From Balanoglossus misakiensis (taxonomy: Eukaryota > Animalia > Hemichordata), in the NCBI GenBank assembly GCA_040954595.2, contig CM082587.2:1517000-1580999 (forward strand): 64,000 nt of DNA, read 5' to 3'. The notes under the pieces were generated by a model. That model saw nothing but the letters and a program-made list of their open reading frames with translations, was not told the origin of the DNA and did not search any database. Positions 27,201-39,000 of the stretch are shown here, in pieces (positions within the stretch are counted from its first letter, which is position 1; each line of letters opens with the position of its first letter). Made by a program: the position numbers and the translations under genes.

Positions 27201-30200
27201 GAAAAAACCATGGGTTATAGCTCAGGAAAATCGTCAGAAATCGAAGATTTTTCGACTTTGCGAATTTTCAAAATTTGGTCATTTTTTGAAAAAACCATGG
27301 GTTATAGCTCAGGAAAATCGTCAGAAATCGAAGATTTTTCGACTTTGCGAATTTTCAAAATTTGGTCATTTTTTGAAAAAAACATGGGTTATAGCTCAGG
27401 AAAATCGTCAGAAATCGAAGATTTTTCGACTTTGCAAATTTTCAAAATTTGGTCATTTTTTGAAAAAACCATGGGTTTTAGCTCAGGAAAATCGTCATAA
27501 ATCGAAGATTTTTCGACTTTGCGAATTTTCAAAATTTGGTCATTTTTTGATAAAAACCATGGGTTATAGCTCAGGAAAATCGTCAGAAATCGAAGATTTT
27601 TCGACTTTGCGAATTTTCAAAATTTGGTCATTTTTTGATAAAAACCATGGGTTATAGCTCAGGAAAATCGTCAGAAATCGACGATTTTTCGACTTTGCGA
27701 ATTTTCAAAATTTGGTCATTTTTTGAAAAAACCATGGGTTATAGCTCAGGAAAATCGTCAGAAATCGACGATTTTTCGACTTTGCGAATTTTCAAAATTT
27801 GGTCATTTTTTGAAAAAACCATGGGTTATAGCTCAGGAAAATCGTCAGAAATCGACGATTTTTCGACTTTGCGAATTTTCAAAATTTGGTCATTTTTTGA
27901 AAAAACCATGGGTTATAGCTCAGGAAAATCGTCAGAAATAGAAGATTTTTCGACTTTGCGAATTTTCAAAATTTGGTCATTTTTTGAAAAAACCATGGGT
28001 TATAGCTCAGGAAAATCGTCAGAAATCGAAGATTTTTCGACTTTGCGAATTTTCAAAATTTGGTCATTTTTTGATAAAAACCATGGGTTATAGCTCAGGA
28101 AAATCGTCAGAAATCGAAGATTTTTCGACTTTGCGAATTTTCAAAATTTGGTCATTTTTTGAAAAAACCATGGGTTATAGCTCAGGAAAATCGTCATAAA
28201 TCGAAGATTTTTCGACTTTGCGAATTTTCAAAATTTGGTCATTTTTTGAAAAAAACCATGGGTTATAGCTCAGGAAAATCGTGATAAATCGAAGATTTTT
28301 CGACTTTGCGAATTTTCAAAATTTGGTCATTTTTTGATAAAAACCATGGGTTATAGCTCAGGAAAATCGTCAGAAATCGAAGATTTTTCGACTTTGCGAA
28401 TTTTCAAAATTTGGTCATTTTTTGAAAAAAACATGGGTTATAGCTCAGGAAAATCGTCAGAAATCGAAGATATTTCGACTTTGCGAATTTTCAAAATTTG
28501 GTCATTTTTTGAAAAAACCATGGGTTATAGCTCAGGAAAATCGTCAGAAATCGAAGATTTTTCGACTTTGCGAATTTTCAAAATTTGGTCATTTTTTGAA
28601 AAAACCATGGGTTATAGCTCAGGAAAATCGTCAGAAATCGAAGATTTTTCGACTTTGCGAATTTTCAAAATTTGGTCATTTTTTGAAAAAACCATGGGTT
28701 ATAGCTCAGGAAAATCGTCAGAAATCGAAGATTTTTCGACTTTGCGAATTTTCAAAATTTGGTCATTTTTTGATAAAAACCATGGGTTATAGCTCAGGAA
28801 AATCGTCAGAAATCGAAGATTTTTCGACTTTGCGAATTTTCAAAATTTGGTCATTTTTTGAAAAAACCATGGGTTTTAGCTCAGGAAAATCGTCATAAAT
28901 CGAAGATTTTTCGACTTTGCGAATTTTCAAAATTTGGTCATTTTTTGAAAAAAACCATGGGTTATAGCTCAGGAAAATCGTCATAAATCGAAGATTTTTC
29001 GACTTTGCGAATTTTCAAAATTTGGTCATTTTTTGATAAAAACCATGGGTTATAGCTCAGGAAAATCGTCAGAAATCGAAGATTTTTCGACTTTGCGAAT
29101 TTTAAAAATTTGGTCATTTTTTGGAAAAACCATGGGTTATAGCTCAGGAAAATCGTCAGAAATCGAAGATTTTTCGACTTTGCGAATTTTCAAAATTTGG
29201 TCATTTTTTGAAAAAACCATGGGTTATAGCTCAGGAAAATCGTCAGAAATCGAAGATTTTTCGACTTTGCGAATTTTCAAAATTTGGTCATTTTTTGAAA
29301 AAACCATGGGTTATAGCTCAGGAAAATCGTCAGAAATCGAAGATTTTTCGACTTTGCGAATTTTCAAAATTTGGTCATTTTTTGAAAAAACCATGGGTTA
29401 TAGCTCAGGAAAATCGTCAGAAATCGAAGATTTTTCGACTTTGCGAATTTTCAAAATTTGGTCATTTTTTGAAAAAAACATGGGTTATAGCTCAGGAAAA
29501 TCGTCAGAAATCGAAGATTTTTCGACTTTGCGAATTTTCAAAATTTGGTCATTTTTTGAAAAAACATGGGTTATAGCTCAGGAAAATCGTCATAAATCGA
29601 AGATTTTTCGACTTTGCGAATTTTCAAAATTTGGTCATTTTTTGAAAAAAACCATGGGTTATAGCTCAGGAAAATCGTGATAAATCGAAGATTTTTCGAC
29701 TTTGCGAATTTTCAAAATTTGGTCATTTTTTGATAAAAACCATGGGTTATAGCTCAGGAAAATCGTCAGAAATCGAAGATTTTTCGACTTTGCGAATTTT
29801 CAAAATTTGGTCATTTTTTGAAAAAAACATGGGTTATAGCTCAGGAAAATCGTCAGAAATCGAAGATTTTTCGACTTTGCGAATTTTCAAAATTTGGTCA
29901 TTTTTTGAAAAAACCATGGGTTATAGCTCAGGAAAATCGTCAGAAATCGAAGATTTTTCGACTTTGCGAATTTTCAAAATTTGGTCATTTTTTGAAAAAA
30001 CCATGGGTTATAGCTCAGGAAAATCGTCAGAAATCGAAGATTTTTCGACTTTGCGAATTTTCAAAATTTGGTCATTTTTTGAAAAAACCATGGGTTATAG
30101 CTCAGGAAAATCGTCATAAATCGAAGATTTTTCGACTTTGCGAATTTTCAAAATTTAGTCATTTTTTGATAAAAACCATGGGTTATAGCTCAGGAAAATC

Positions 30201-32094
30201 GTCAGAAATCGAAGATTTTTCGACTTTGCGAATTTTCAAAATTTGGTCATTTTTTGAAAAAACCATGGGTTTTAGCTCAGGAAAATCGTCATAAATCGAA
30301 GATTTTTCGACTTTGCGAATTTTCAAAATTTGGTCATTTTTTGAAAAAAACCATGGGTTATAGCTCAGGAAAATCGTCATAAATCGAAGATTTTTCGACT
30401 TTGCGAATTTTCAAAATTTGGTCATTTTTTGAAAAAACCATGGGTTATAGCTCAGGAAAATCGTCAGAAATCGAAGATTTTTCGACTTTGCGAATTTTCA
30501 AAATTTGGTCATTTTTTGAAAAAACCATGGGTTATAGCTCAGGAAAATCGTCAGAAATCGAAGATTTTTCGACTTTGCGAATTTTCAAAATTTGGTCATT
30601 TTTTGAAAAAAACATGGGTTATAGCTCAGGAAAATCGTCAGAAATCGAAGATTTTTCGACTTTGCGAATTTTCAAAATTTCGTCATTTTTTGAAAAAACC
30701 ATGGGTTATAGCTCAGGAAAATCGTCAGAAATCGAAGATTTTTCGACTTTGCGAATTTTCAAAATTTGGTCATTTTTTGAAAAAACCATGGGTTATAGCT
30801 CAGGAAAATCGTCAGAAATCGAAGATTTTTCGACTTTGCGAATTTTCAAAATTTGGTCATTTTTTGATAAAAACCATGGGTTATAGCTCAGGAAAATCGT
30901 CAGAAATCGAAGATTTTTCGACTTTGCGAATTTTCAAAATTTGGTCATTTTTTGAAAAAACCATGGGTTATAGCTCAGGAAAATCGTCATAAATCGAAGA
31001 TTTTTCGACTTTGCGAATTTTCAAAATTTGGTCATTTTTTGAAAAAAACCATGGGTTATAGCTCAGGAAAATCGTGATAAATCGAAGATTTTTCGACTTT
31101 GCGAATTTTCAAAATTTGGTCATTTTTTGAAAAAACCATGGGTTATCGCTCAGGAAAATCGTCAGAAATCGAAGATTTTTCGACTTTGCGAATTTTCAAA
31201 ATTTGGTCATTTTTTGATAAAAACCATGGGTTATAGCTCAGGAAAATCGTCAGAAATCGAAGATTTTTCGACTTTGCGAATTTTCAAAATTTGGTCATTT
31301 TTTGATAAAAACCATGGGTTATAGCTCAGGAAAATCGTCAGAAATCGAAGATTTTTCGACTTTGCGAATTTTCAAAATTTGGTCATTTTTTGGAAAAACC
31401 ATGGGTTATAGCTCAGGAAAATCGTCAGAAATCGAAGATTTTTCGACTTTGCGAATTTTCAAAATTTGGTCATTTTTTGAAAAAACCATGGGTTATAGCT
31501 CAGGAAAATCGTCAGAAATCGAAGATTTTTCGACTTTGCGAATTTTCAAAATTTGGTCATTTTTTGAAAAAACCATGGGTTATAGCTCAGGAAAATCGTC
31601 AGAAATCGAAGATTTTTCGACTTTGCGAATTTTCAAAATTTGGTCATTTTTTGAAAAAACCATGGGTTATAGCTCAGGAAAATCGTCAGAAATCGAAGAT
31701 TTTTCGACTTTGCGAATTTTCAAAATTTGGTCATTTTTTGAAAAAAACATGGGTTATAGCTCAGGAAAATCGTCAGAAATCGAAGATTTTTCGACTTCGC
31801 GAATTTTCAAAATTTGGTCATTTTTTGAAAAAACCATGGGTTATAGCTCAGGAAAATCGTCAGAAATCGAAGATTTTTCGACTTTGCGAATTTTCAAAAT
31901 TTGGTCATTTTTTGAAAAAAACATGGGTTATAGCTCAGGAAAATCGTCAGAAATCGAAGATTTTTCGACTTTGCGAATTTTCAAAATTTCGTCATTTTTT
32001 GAAAAAACCATGGGTTATAGCTCAGGAAAATCGTCAGAAATCGAAGATTTTTCGACTTTGCGAATTTTCAAAATTTGGTCATTTTTTGAAAAAA

Positions 32095-32700
32095 CCGTGG
32101 GTTATAGCTCTTGAAAATCATCCAGAAATGTCAATTTTTCGACTTAGCGAAATTTCAAAATTTGGTCATTTTTTGATAAAAACCATGGGTTATAGCTCAT
32201 GAAAATCATCCAGAAATGTCAATTTTTCGACTTCGCGAAATTTCAAAATTTGGTCATTTTTTGATAAAAACCATGGGTTATAGCTCATGAAAATCATCCA
32301 GAAATGTCAATTTTTCGACTTCGCGAAATTTCAAAATTTGGTCATTTTTTGATCAAAACCATGGGTTATAGCTCATGAAAATCATCCAGAAATGTCAATT
32401 TTTCGACTTCGCGAAATTTCAAAATTTGGTCATTTTTTGATAAAAACCATGGGTTATAGCTCATGAAAATCATCCAGAAATGTCAATTTTTCGACTTCGC
32501 GAAATTTCAAAATTTGGTCATTTTTTGATAAAAACCATGGGTTATAGCTCATGAAAATCATCCAGAAATGTCAATTTTTCGACTTCGCGAAATTTCAAAA
32601 TTTGGTCATTTTTTGATCAAAACCATGGGTTATAGCTCATGAAAATCATCCAGAAATGTCAATTTTTCGACTTCGCGAAATTTCAAAATTTGGTCATTTT
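32095..32700 (+). repeat. Type-B satellite block (7 monomers)
   Basis: Same CATCCAGAAATGTCAA/TTCGCGAA diagnostic sequence as the 8.8-9.2 kb block; begins with a CCGTGG variant at 32,095. Confidence 0.95.
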
Positions 32701-33405
32701 TTGGAAAAACCATGGGTTATAGCTCAGGAAAATCGTCAGAAATCGAAGATTTTTCGACTTTGCGAATTTTCAAAATTTGGTCATTTTTTGAAAAAACCAT
32801 GGGTTATAGCTCAGGAAAATCGTCAGAAATCGAAGATTTTTCGACTTTGCGAATTTTCAAAATTTGGTCATTTTTTGAAAAAACCATGGGTTATAGCTCA
32901 GGAAAATCGTCAGAAATCGAAGATTTTTCGACTTTGCGAATTTTCAAAATTTGGTCATTTTTTGAAAAAACCATGGGTTATAGCTCAGGAAAATCGTCAG
33001 AAATCGAAGATTTTTCGACTTTGCGAATTTTCAAAATTTGGTCATTTTTTGAAAAAAACATGGGTTATAGCTCAGGAAAATCGTCAGAAATCGAAGATTT
33101 TTCGACTTCGCGAATTTTCAAAATTTGGTCATTTTTTGAAAAAACCATGGGTTATAGCTCAGGAAAATCGTCAGAAATCGAAGATTTTTCGACTTTGCGA
33201 ATTTTCAAAATTTGGTCATTTTTTGAAAAAAACATGGGTTATAGCTCAGGAAAATCGTCAGAAATCGAAGATTTTTCGACTTTGCGAATTTTCAAAATTT
33301 CGTCATTTTTTGAAAAAACCATGGGTTATAGCTCAGGAAAATCGTCAGAAATCGAAGATTTTTCGACTTTGCGAATTTTCAAAATTTGGTCATTTTTTGA
33401 AAAAA

Positions 33406-33795
33406 CCGTGGGTTATAGCTCTTGAAAATCATCCAGAAATGTCAATTTTTCGACTTAGCGAAATTTCAAAATTTGGTCATTTTTTGATAAAAACCATGGG
33501 TTATAGCTCATGAAAATCATCCAGAAATGTCAATTTTTCGACTTCGCGAAATTTCAAAATTTGGTCATTTTTTGATAAAAACCATGGGTTATAGCTCATG
33601 AAAATCATCCAGAAATGTCAATTTTTCGACTTCGCGAAATTTCAAAATTTGGTCATTTTTTGATCAAAACCATGGGTTATAGCTCATGAAAATCATCCAG
33701 AAATGTCAATTTTTCGACTTCGCGAAATTTCAAAATTTGGTCATTTTTTGATAAAAACCATGGGTTATAGCTCATGAAAATCATCCATAAATGTC
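33406..33795 (+). repeat. Type-B satellite block (4 full plus 1 partial monomer), part of the 1,311-bp terminal duplication
   Basis: CCGTGG variant at 33,406 = 32,095 + 1,311; GGAAAAACC variant at 31,391 and 32,702. Confidence 0.93.
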
Positions 33796-33974
33796 ATGAA
33801 AATCATCAAAATCCGACAATTTTTTTATTTTGCGAAATTTGGAAATTTCAAAATTTGTTAAAGTTTTCATGGGTTATAGCTCTTGAAAACCATCAAAATG
33901 CGACAATTTTTTGATTTTGCGAAATTTGGAAATTTCACGATTTGGTCATTTTGGACATGTTTAAACACTTACAG

Positions 33975-35723
33975 GGACTTATTTTGAAACCTGAAAACAT
34001 CCATGGGCGTATCTTCCTCTTCGATTTTAACAATCCTTCGCTGAATGCCTCAGAAGTGCCCATCGATGGGAACTTTGATATCTCAAATTTTCACCCTCAT
34101 GGCATAAGTCTTTGGGAAGATTCAAATACGGGTAGGTGCCTCATATAATATCAATTTGCTTTCTTGTGGCTGACGATTTCACTCAAAATAATAATGTTTA
34201 CTTACCGTTTGCCAAAACTCGTCTGAAAGAAGTCAAATGACTGGCTTCCATTATGGCACAATAAGTTCCCATCTGCACACCCTTGGGAGTATCCAGTTTA
34301 ATCGAATCTGTGTCTGCAACAGGGGGTGTTACTCTGTATGTTGTAAATCATCATCCAAAGGAGGAACGAATCGAAGTCTTTGAATTCATCAAAAATCGCC
34401 GCGTCCTGCGCCACATGCGGTCGATCACCGGGAATACAATATTCGGGTAAGTCGCGAGGACTTGGAGTTTGGAAAATAGTCTTGAATTACACTGTCACTA
34501 AATTGGTGATGATAATACATTTTTTGTAGGAATATGGGGTTGCTCCCTTCTATTGTAGCGATGTAGTGTGTTCCTCGAGGTTTACAGGAAATTTGTTAGT
34601 GTGTTTTACATATTCCATAAAATATAATCATAATTTTGTTTCGATTCACACTGGCGTTCTTATTTCCCTCTCAGATTAAACGACATCATTGCTGTTGGTC
34701 CAGATTCTTTTTTCTTTACAAACAATTTTTACTTTTCCAATGGATACCTCCACATGACAGAGCTGCTTCTTCGGTTACCGTCAGGGAGTATTGGCTTTTA
34801 TGATGGCAAAGAGGGCAGAATTCTGAAGTCTGGAATTAAGTGGCCGAACGGAATCAATGTATCTCCAGATAAAAGGTGAGACTCTCGTCTTTGTTTGTAT
34901 TCAGCAACGTATCTGCTGTTCAAAGTATACCTATTTTAGCCGTTTTGTCACTATTAACACCAAAATATCACCCGGCCTGCATTTGAATGTCATGACTCAT
35001 TTCTTATTTTTGGCAGATATCTGTACGTAGCTTACTTTAATGACGAAAGGGTCGCCGTATTTGCAATCAAACCAAATTACGAGATAGAAGAACTTCAGGT
35101 AAATAAGTTCAGCTGTATTTGCCATAGTAAAATTAGCGTAAACGTTAGGTCTAAACTCTTTCACTACTAGTATTCCAAATCGTATACACCTTCTCAAATG
35201 ATATGGTGCCACATACTTCTCTTGATCGCTTGGCGACTACAGAAACTTAACTTTTTCCATTTCAGGTTATACCGGTCTATAGTAGTGTCGATAATATAGA
35301 AATCGATAAAGACTCAGGAGACTTATGGCTAGGGTGTCATCCAATTCGGCACAAGTTGTATCAATACATGGGGAATACCAATCTCATGTGCCCATCACAG
35401 GTATGCATAAAAACAAAGGTCACACCGATCACCGACTAAACGCAATATAGATTGTTGTTCTCTGACCAGCGTTGCGTATTTATGTCCTACTTTGTCTATA
35501 TAGTTAAAAATTAAGTTCAATCTTTGAAATCTTTTCACAGATCTTGCGGATCAGGTTCAATTCCAAGGATCATTCTGGCGATGATTATGAAATCGAGGAG
35601 GTATTCACCGATGGTGGCGCCCTCATTAGCACAGCCACCGTGGCAAGTTTTTATAAAAATAAACTGCTCATCGGAAGTGTGGCAAATACCTCTGTGTTCT
35701 GCGACATGGATGGTATAATGTAA
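33975..35723 (+). CDS. PON: Serum paraoxonase/arylesterase (PON family, six-bladed beta-propeller lactonase), 5'-partial with 6 coding exons
   Basis: GT-AG exons 33975-34131, 34323-34446, 34675-34875, 35017-35098, 35266-35400 and 35541-35723 (TAA) splice in frame. They encode FHPHGIS, LYVVNH, LNDIIAVGPDSF, PNGINVSPDKRYLYVA, VDNIEID..GDLWLGCHP and KLLIGSV...FC, matching the recalled motifs and exon boundaries of human PON1 exons 4-9. The equivalents of exons 1-3 are not in the window. Confidence 0.95.
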
Positions 35724-35939
35724 GCATTTATCGGCAACTCAAATCAGCCATCATGAAACTTGTTAAGGAGGGACCCAAACGAAGAAGAATTGAACACTGA
35801 TGACATTCTTGCTGCTAAGTATTACCCTATAGAGCGACAGTAATGTAATCTTTTATTTGGTTCAATTTTTCAAATATTTAACAGACCGCTCACTCTTAAT
35901 AATACAAACAGAGGCAGGTTTTTTCGGTGGTACACAGAA

Positions 35940-35945
35940 TTTATT
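35940..35945 (-). promoter_or_regulatory. Candidate polyadenylation signal (AATAAA) of the LDLa-repeat gene
   Basis: TTTATT on + about 100 bp beyond the minus-strand stop at 36,048; a second copy lies at 35,852-35,857. Confidence 0.55.
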
Positions 35946-36047
35946 TTTGAAAGGTGCCCACGTGACTGTGCCTAAAAAGTCGTATTAAACAGAATGTTGA
36001 TTTAGGTAAACTTGAAAAGGCATGAAATGGCTTGGTCAGGTTGACGT

Positions 36048-39000
36048 TTAGCATCCTTCTTCGTCAGAGTTGTCGCCACATTCATTATAGCCGTTGCATC
36101 TGACGTTGTTGTCCTTACACAAACCATTGTCGCACTTAAACTTGTAATCTGCACAAACTAACAATAACGGTTTACGAAATAAGACACTAAACATTCAATG
36201 AGAGAGCACATCGGAAGATTCAAGTTACAAACTTGCAAGTAGAAGGTAAAATATTTAAATTCTATTGAAAAGGGCGAAGAGTTACCGTGCAAAAACCCTT
36301 TTATTCGCCACACACTCCTTTGAATTACACATTTTCACAATCATGAGCGAGAGCTTCAGAGGTCACTAACTGAACTATTTTTGTTTCATTTTATGGCAAG
36401 AAAATCGTTTCTTGTCAGTATTCAGAAGTGTTACATGAGGTACATTGTACTTACTGCAGTCAGCTTCATCCCACATGTCCCCACAGTCATCATAGCCGTC
36501 GCACCTTGTAATGCGGCGCAAACACAAACCATTCGGACATTTATAATGATAAGCGGGACAGTCTGAAACAGAAATGAAATGTGAAAAAGTTTAGACAGGT
36601 ATATTGCTGTCCAACAATTTAGTTGTTTCTAATGTCATGGGGCTATAAAAGCTTCCCTTCATTTCAACCTTCTCTTGAACCACGCATATTCCATCTTTGT
36701 AAGTTGTTACGAAAACATTAATATCTGCAAAAAAGACACATCAAATGCTCTCGTACTTGCCAACGACGATAAACTGTCCTGTACTCACCACCGCAAGCAA
36801 ATTCATCACTTCTGTCAAAACAGTCGAATATGCCATTACACCTTATGCTTCCATCTCCCCTTGATGGTCCCCATCTGGCTGGAGTTACATTGAGACTTTC
36901 TTCTTGCGCTGGTGCTCTTACAATAGGCTGTCCGTTGTCACAAACAAACACATCTAAAAGAAACCATTTTAAAACTTTTGATGCAATCAGTTTTGGATAA
37001 CCCTCTCGGAATTTTCTATTTTATGATCAGTAAAAATGATAATTAACGTTTGTTTGTGTATACATGTATATCTAACGACGGCTAACACTTGTCCACACAA
37101 CCCCCTCCCCTCCTCACACCGCGGCGCGACGACCCCTTAATTCCCTTTGATGAAATAAAGACATTTCCTCACCACAACCCTCTTCATCAGATCCGTCATC
37201 ACAATTGGTGTAGTTATCACATCGGTTGTAAAGCTGTATACAGAGCCCTGTACCGCAGCGAAAATGGCCCAACTCTTCACAAGCTATGAGAGATACGAAG
37301 AAATTGTCCCCTTATCATCTCATCAGCATTCTTATCAAACACAAAACTATGATAAAACTTCATGCGTTGAAAGTGAAACTACATGCAGGTCTTTCAGTGA
37401 TGAACCATGGGTAATGTAAGTGCAAAGTTGACACGTGTTATTGTCGGCGTCATTCTCGTTTACTCTGCGGCACGTCGAGGTCGGGAGAGTTGTGTATTCA
37501 CGTCTCAACTACTCTGCATAACATGTCCGACTTCGCTAGTGCCTGGAGTCTGGACAGGAAAATTTCCCTGCAGCAGCAGTGTTCGTTGTTGTTTTTTGAG
37601 GGGGGTGAACAAAGAAAAGATAATAAACTTACGACACCGTTCACCCTCATCGCTTCCATCGTCACAATCAATATATCCATTACAGACGCGAATTTCCGAC
37701 AGTTTCCGTCCATCTTCACACGTGTGGTACTCTGAAATGAGAGTCATGTTCACACTTTGAACTTGAATCAAACTGTCGCGCAATGTGAAGTCCTGAGAGC
37801 CCAACGTTGCACTGAACTTGCAGAAAACAGGCAAGTACAGTGACTGAGAATTTCTGTAGTGACAATTCACAATTCATTTTAATCTTACGGTTCACCATAC
37901 AAAATAACTTATTCTGTAGACAATAATTGTCAGGGGCGATTTTTACAAACTTGAAGACAATTTACGTGCGCTAAATGTATTCACATGCTTCAGTGAAACT
38001 TGCTTTTTGAACACCCAGCCCGAACTTTCCTGTCAAAATGAATATTCTGAACTTACCACAGCCAGCTTCGTCACTGTTGTCCCCACACTCATCATACGTG
38101 TTACATCTTACATCACTTCTTCTACAGATTCCGTTGTCACACAGGAACTTCTCATCAGTACACTCTGTAATTGAAAGTAATAATTGACAATATAATGCAG
38201 TATTTTCCTGTCAACACTGCTATGTTAATCATCAGTATTAATACCGCTAACCTCCCCAAAATTCATCCCCTCTACAACGCTGATTGACTTCCTTCTACTC
38301 CTGTCCCTCCCTCTTTATTCCCACCACTGCCAGAAAGTGATCAAACCCAACACACCATCTCAGAAGCAAAATAGAGCTGATTTCTGAGAAAAATGACGGT
38401 AATTGGCGAAGGCTCGAAAATTACTGATGGAAACACTTACCACATTCTCGCTCATCGCTGTTGTCACCGCAGTCATCCCACAAATCACATACCCAATGTT
38501 CCGGTGTACATTTGCCGTTGTCACACTTAAACTGCTCATCTCCGCATACTGTGAAAATAAACCGTATGTATGGATATAAATTATTTGGATGTAAGGCACC
38601 TGCATTCCACGCATAGAACTCTAGGCCCCGAGATATCTTCATATGTTTTTGTATTTTAACCCATGTATGCAAACTCACCACATGGCAGCTCATCAGAATG
38701 GTCACTGCAGTCAAAGTATCCATCACACTCAGATGACTCTGGTATCTGCTGGCCATCATCACAAACGAATGGCTCTAAAGAAATATGGAGAAACCAATTG
38801 GTTGTGTTAGCTTCAGTTTTCTACAATGTTTTCCGGATAATTCTCATTATTTCATTCATACATCCAAACTCACTGCACCGATGAGACTTTGCAAAAGCCA
38901 TGTCCATATAGCAATGTCAAGCCCTTTCGACTCGACTCGACATTCGATTTGGCCATAAAAACATAAGAAGTAGTTTCAGTGACCACCGAAGTATTATACC

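Larger units (their letters stand above)
8784..33960 (+). repeat. Satellite DNA array, right arm (forward orientation), about 285 monomers of 87/88 bp with higher-order structure
   Basis: Same monomer on the + strand, as 88-bp (TGATAAAAACC) and 87-bp (TGAAAAAACC) forms. Diagnostic variants recur at fixed offsets. The last ~170 bp (33,790-33,960) are two degenerate monomers. Confidence 0.98.

Noticed and set aside
8-33513. Dozens of repetitive ORFs (MGYSSGKSSEIEDFSTLRIFKIWSFFEKT / PWVIAQENRQKSKIFRLCEFSKFGHFLKK), up to 326 aa
   Set aside because: They arise because the 87-bp monomer is 29 codons and stop-free in two frames. Interspersed 88-bp monomers shift frame freely, showing no selection for coding.
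1-33960. CRISPR-array interpretation of the regular repeats
   Set aside because: There are no unique spacers, the units are contiguous near-identical monomers, no cas genes are present, and the flanking genes are spliceosomal-intron eukaryotic genes.
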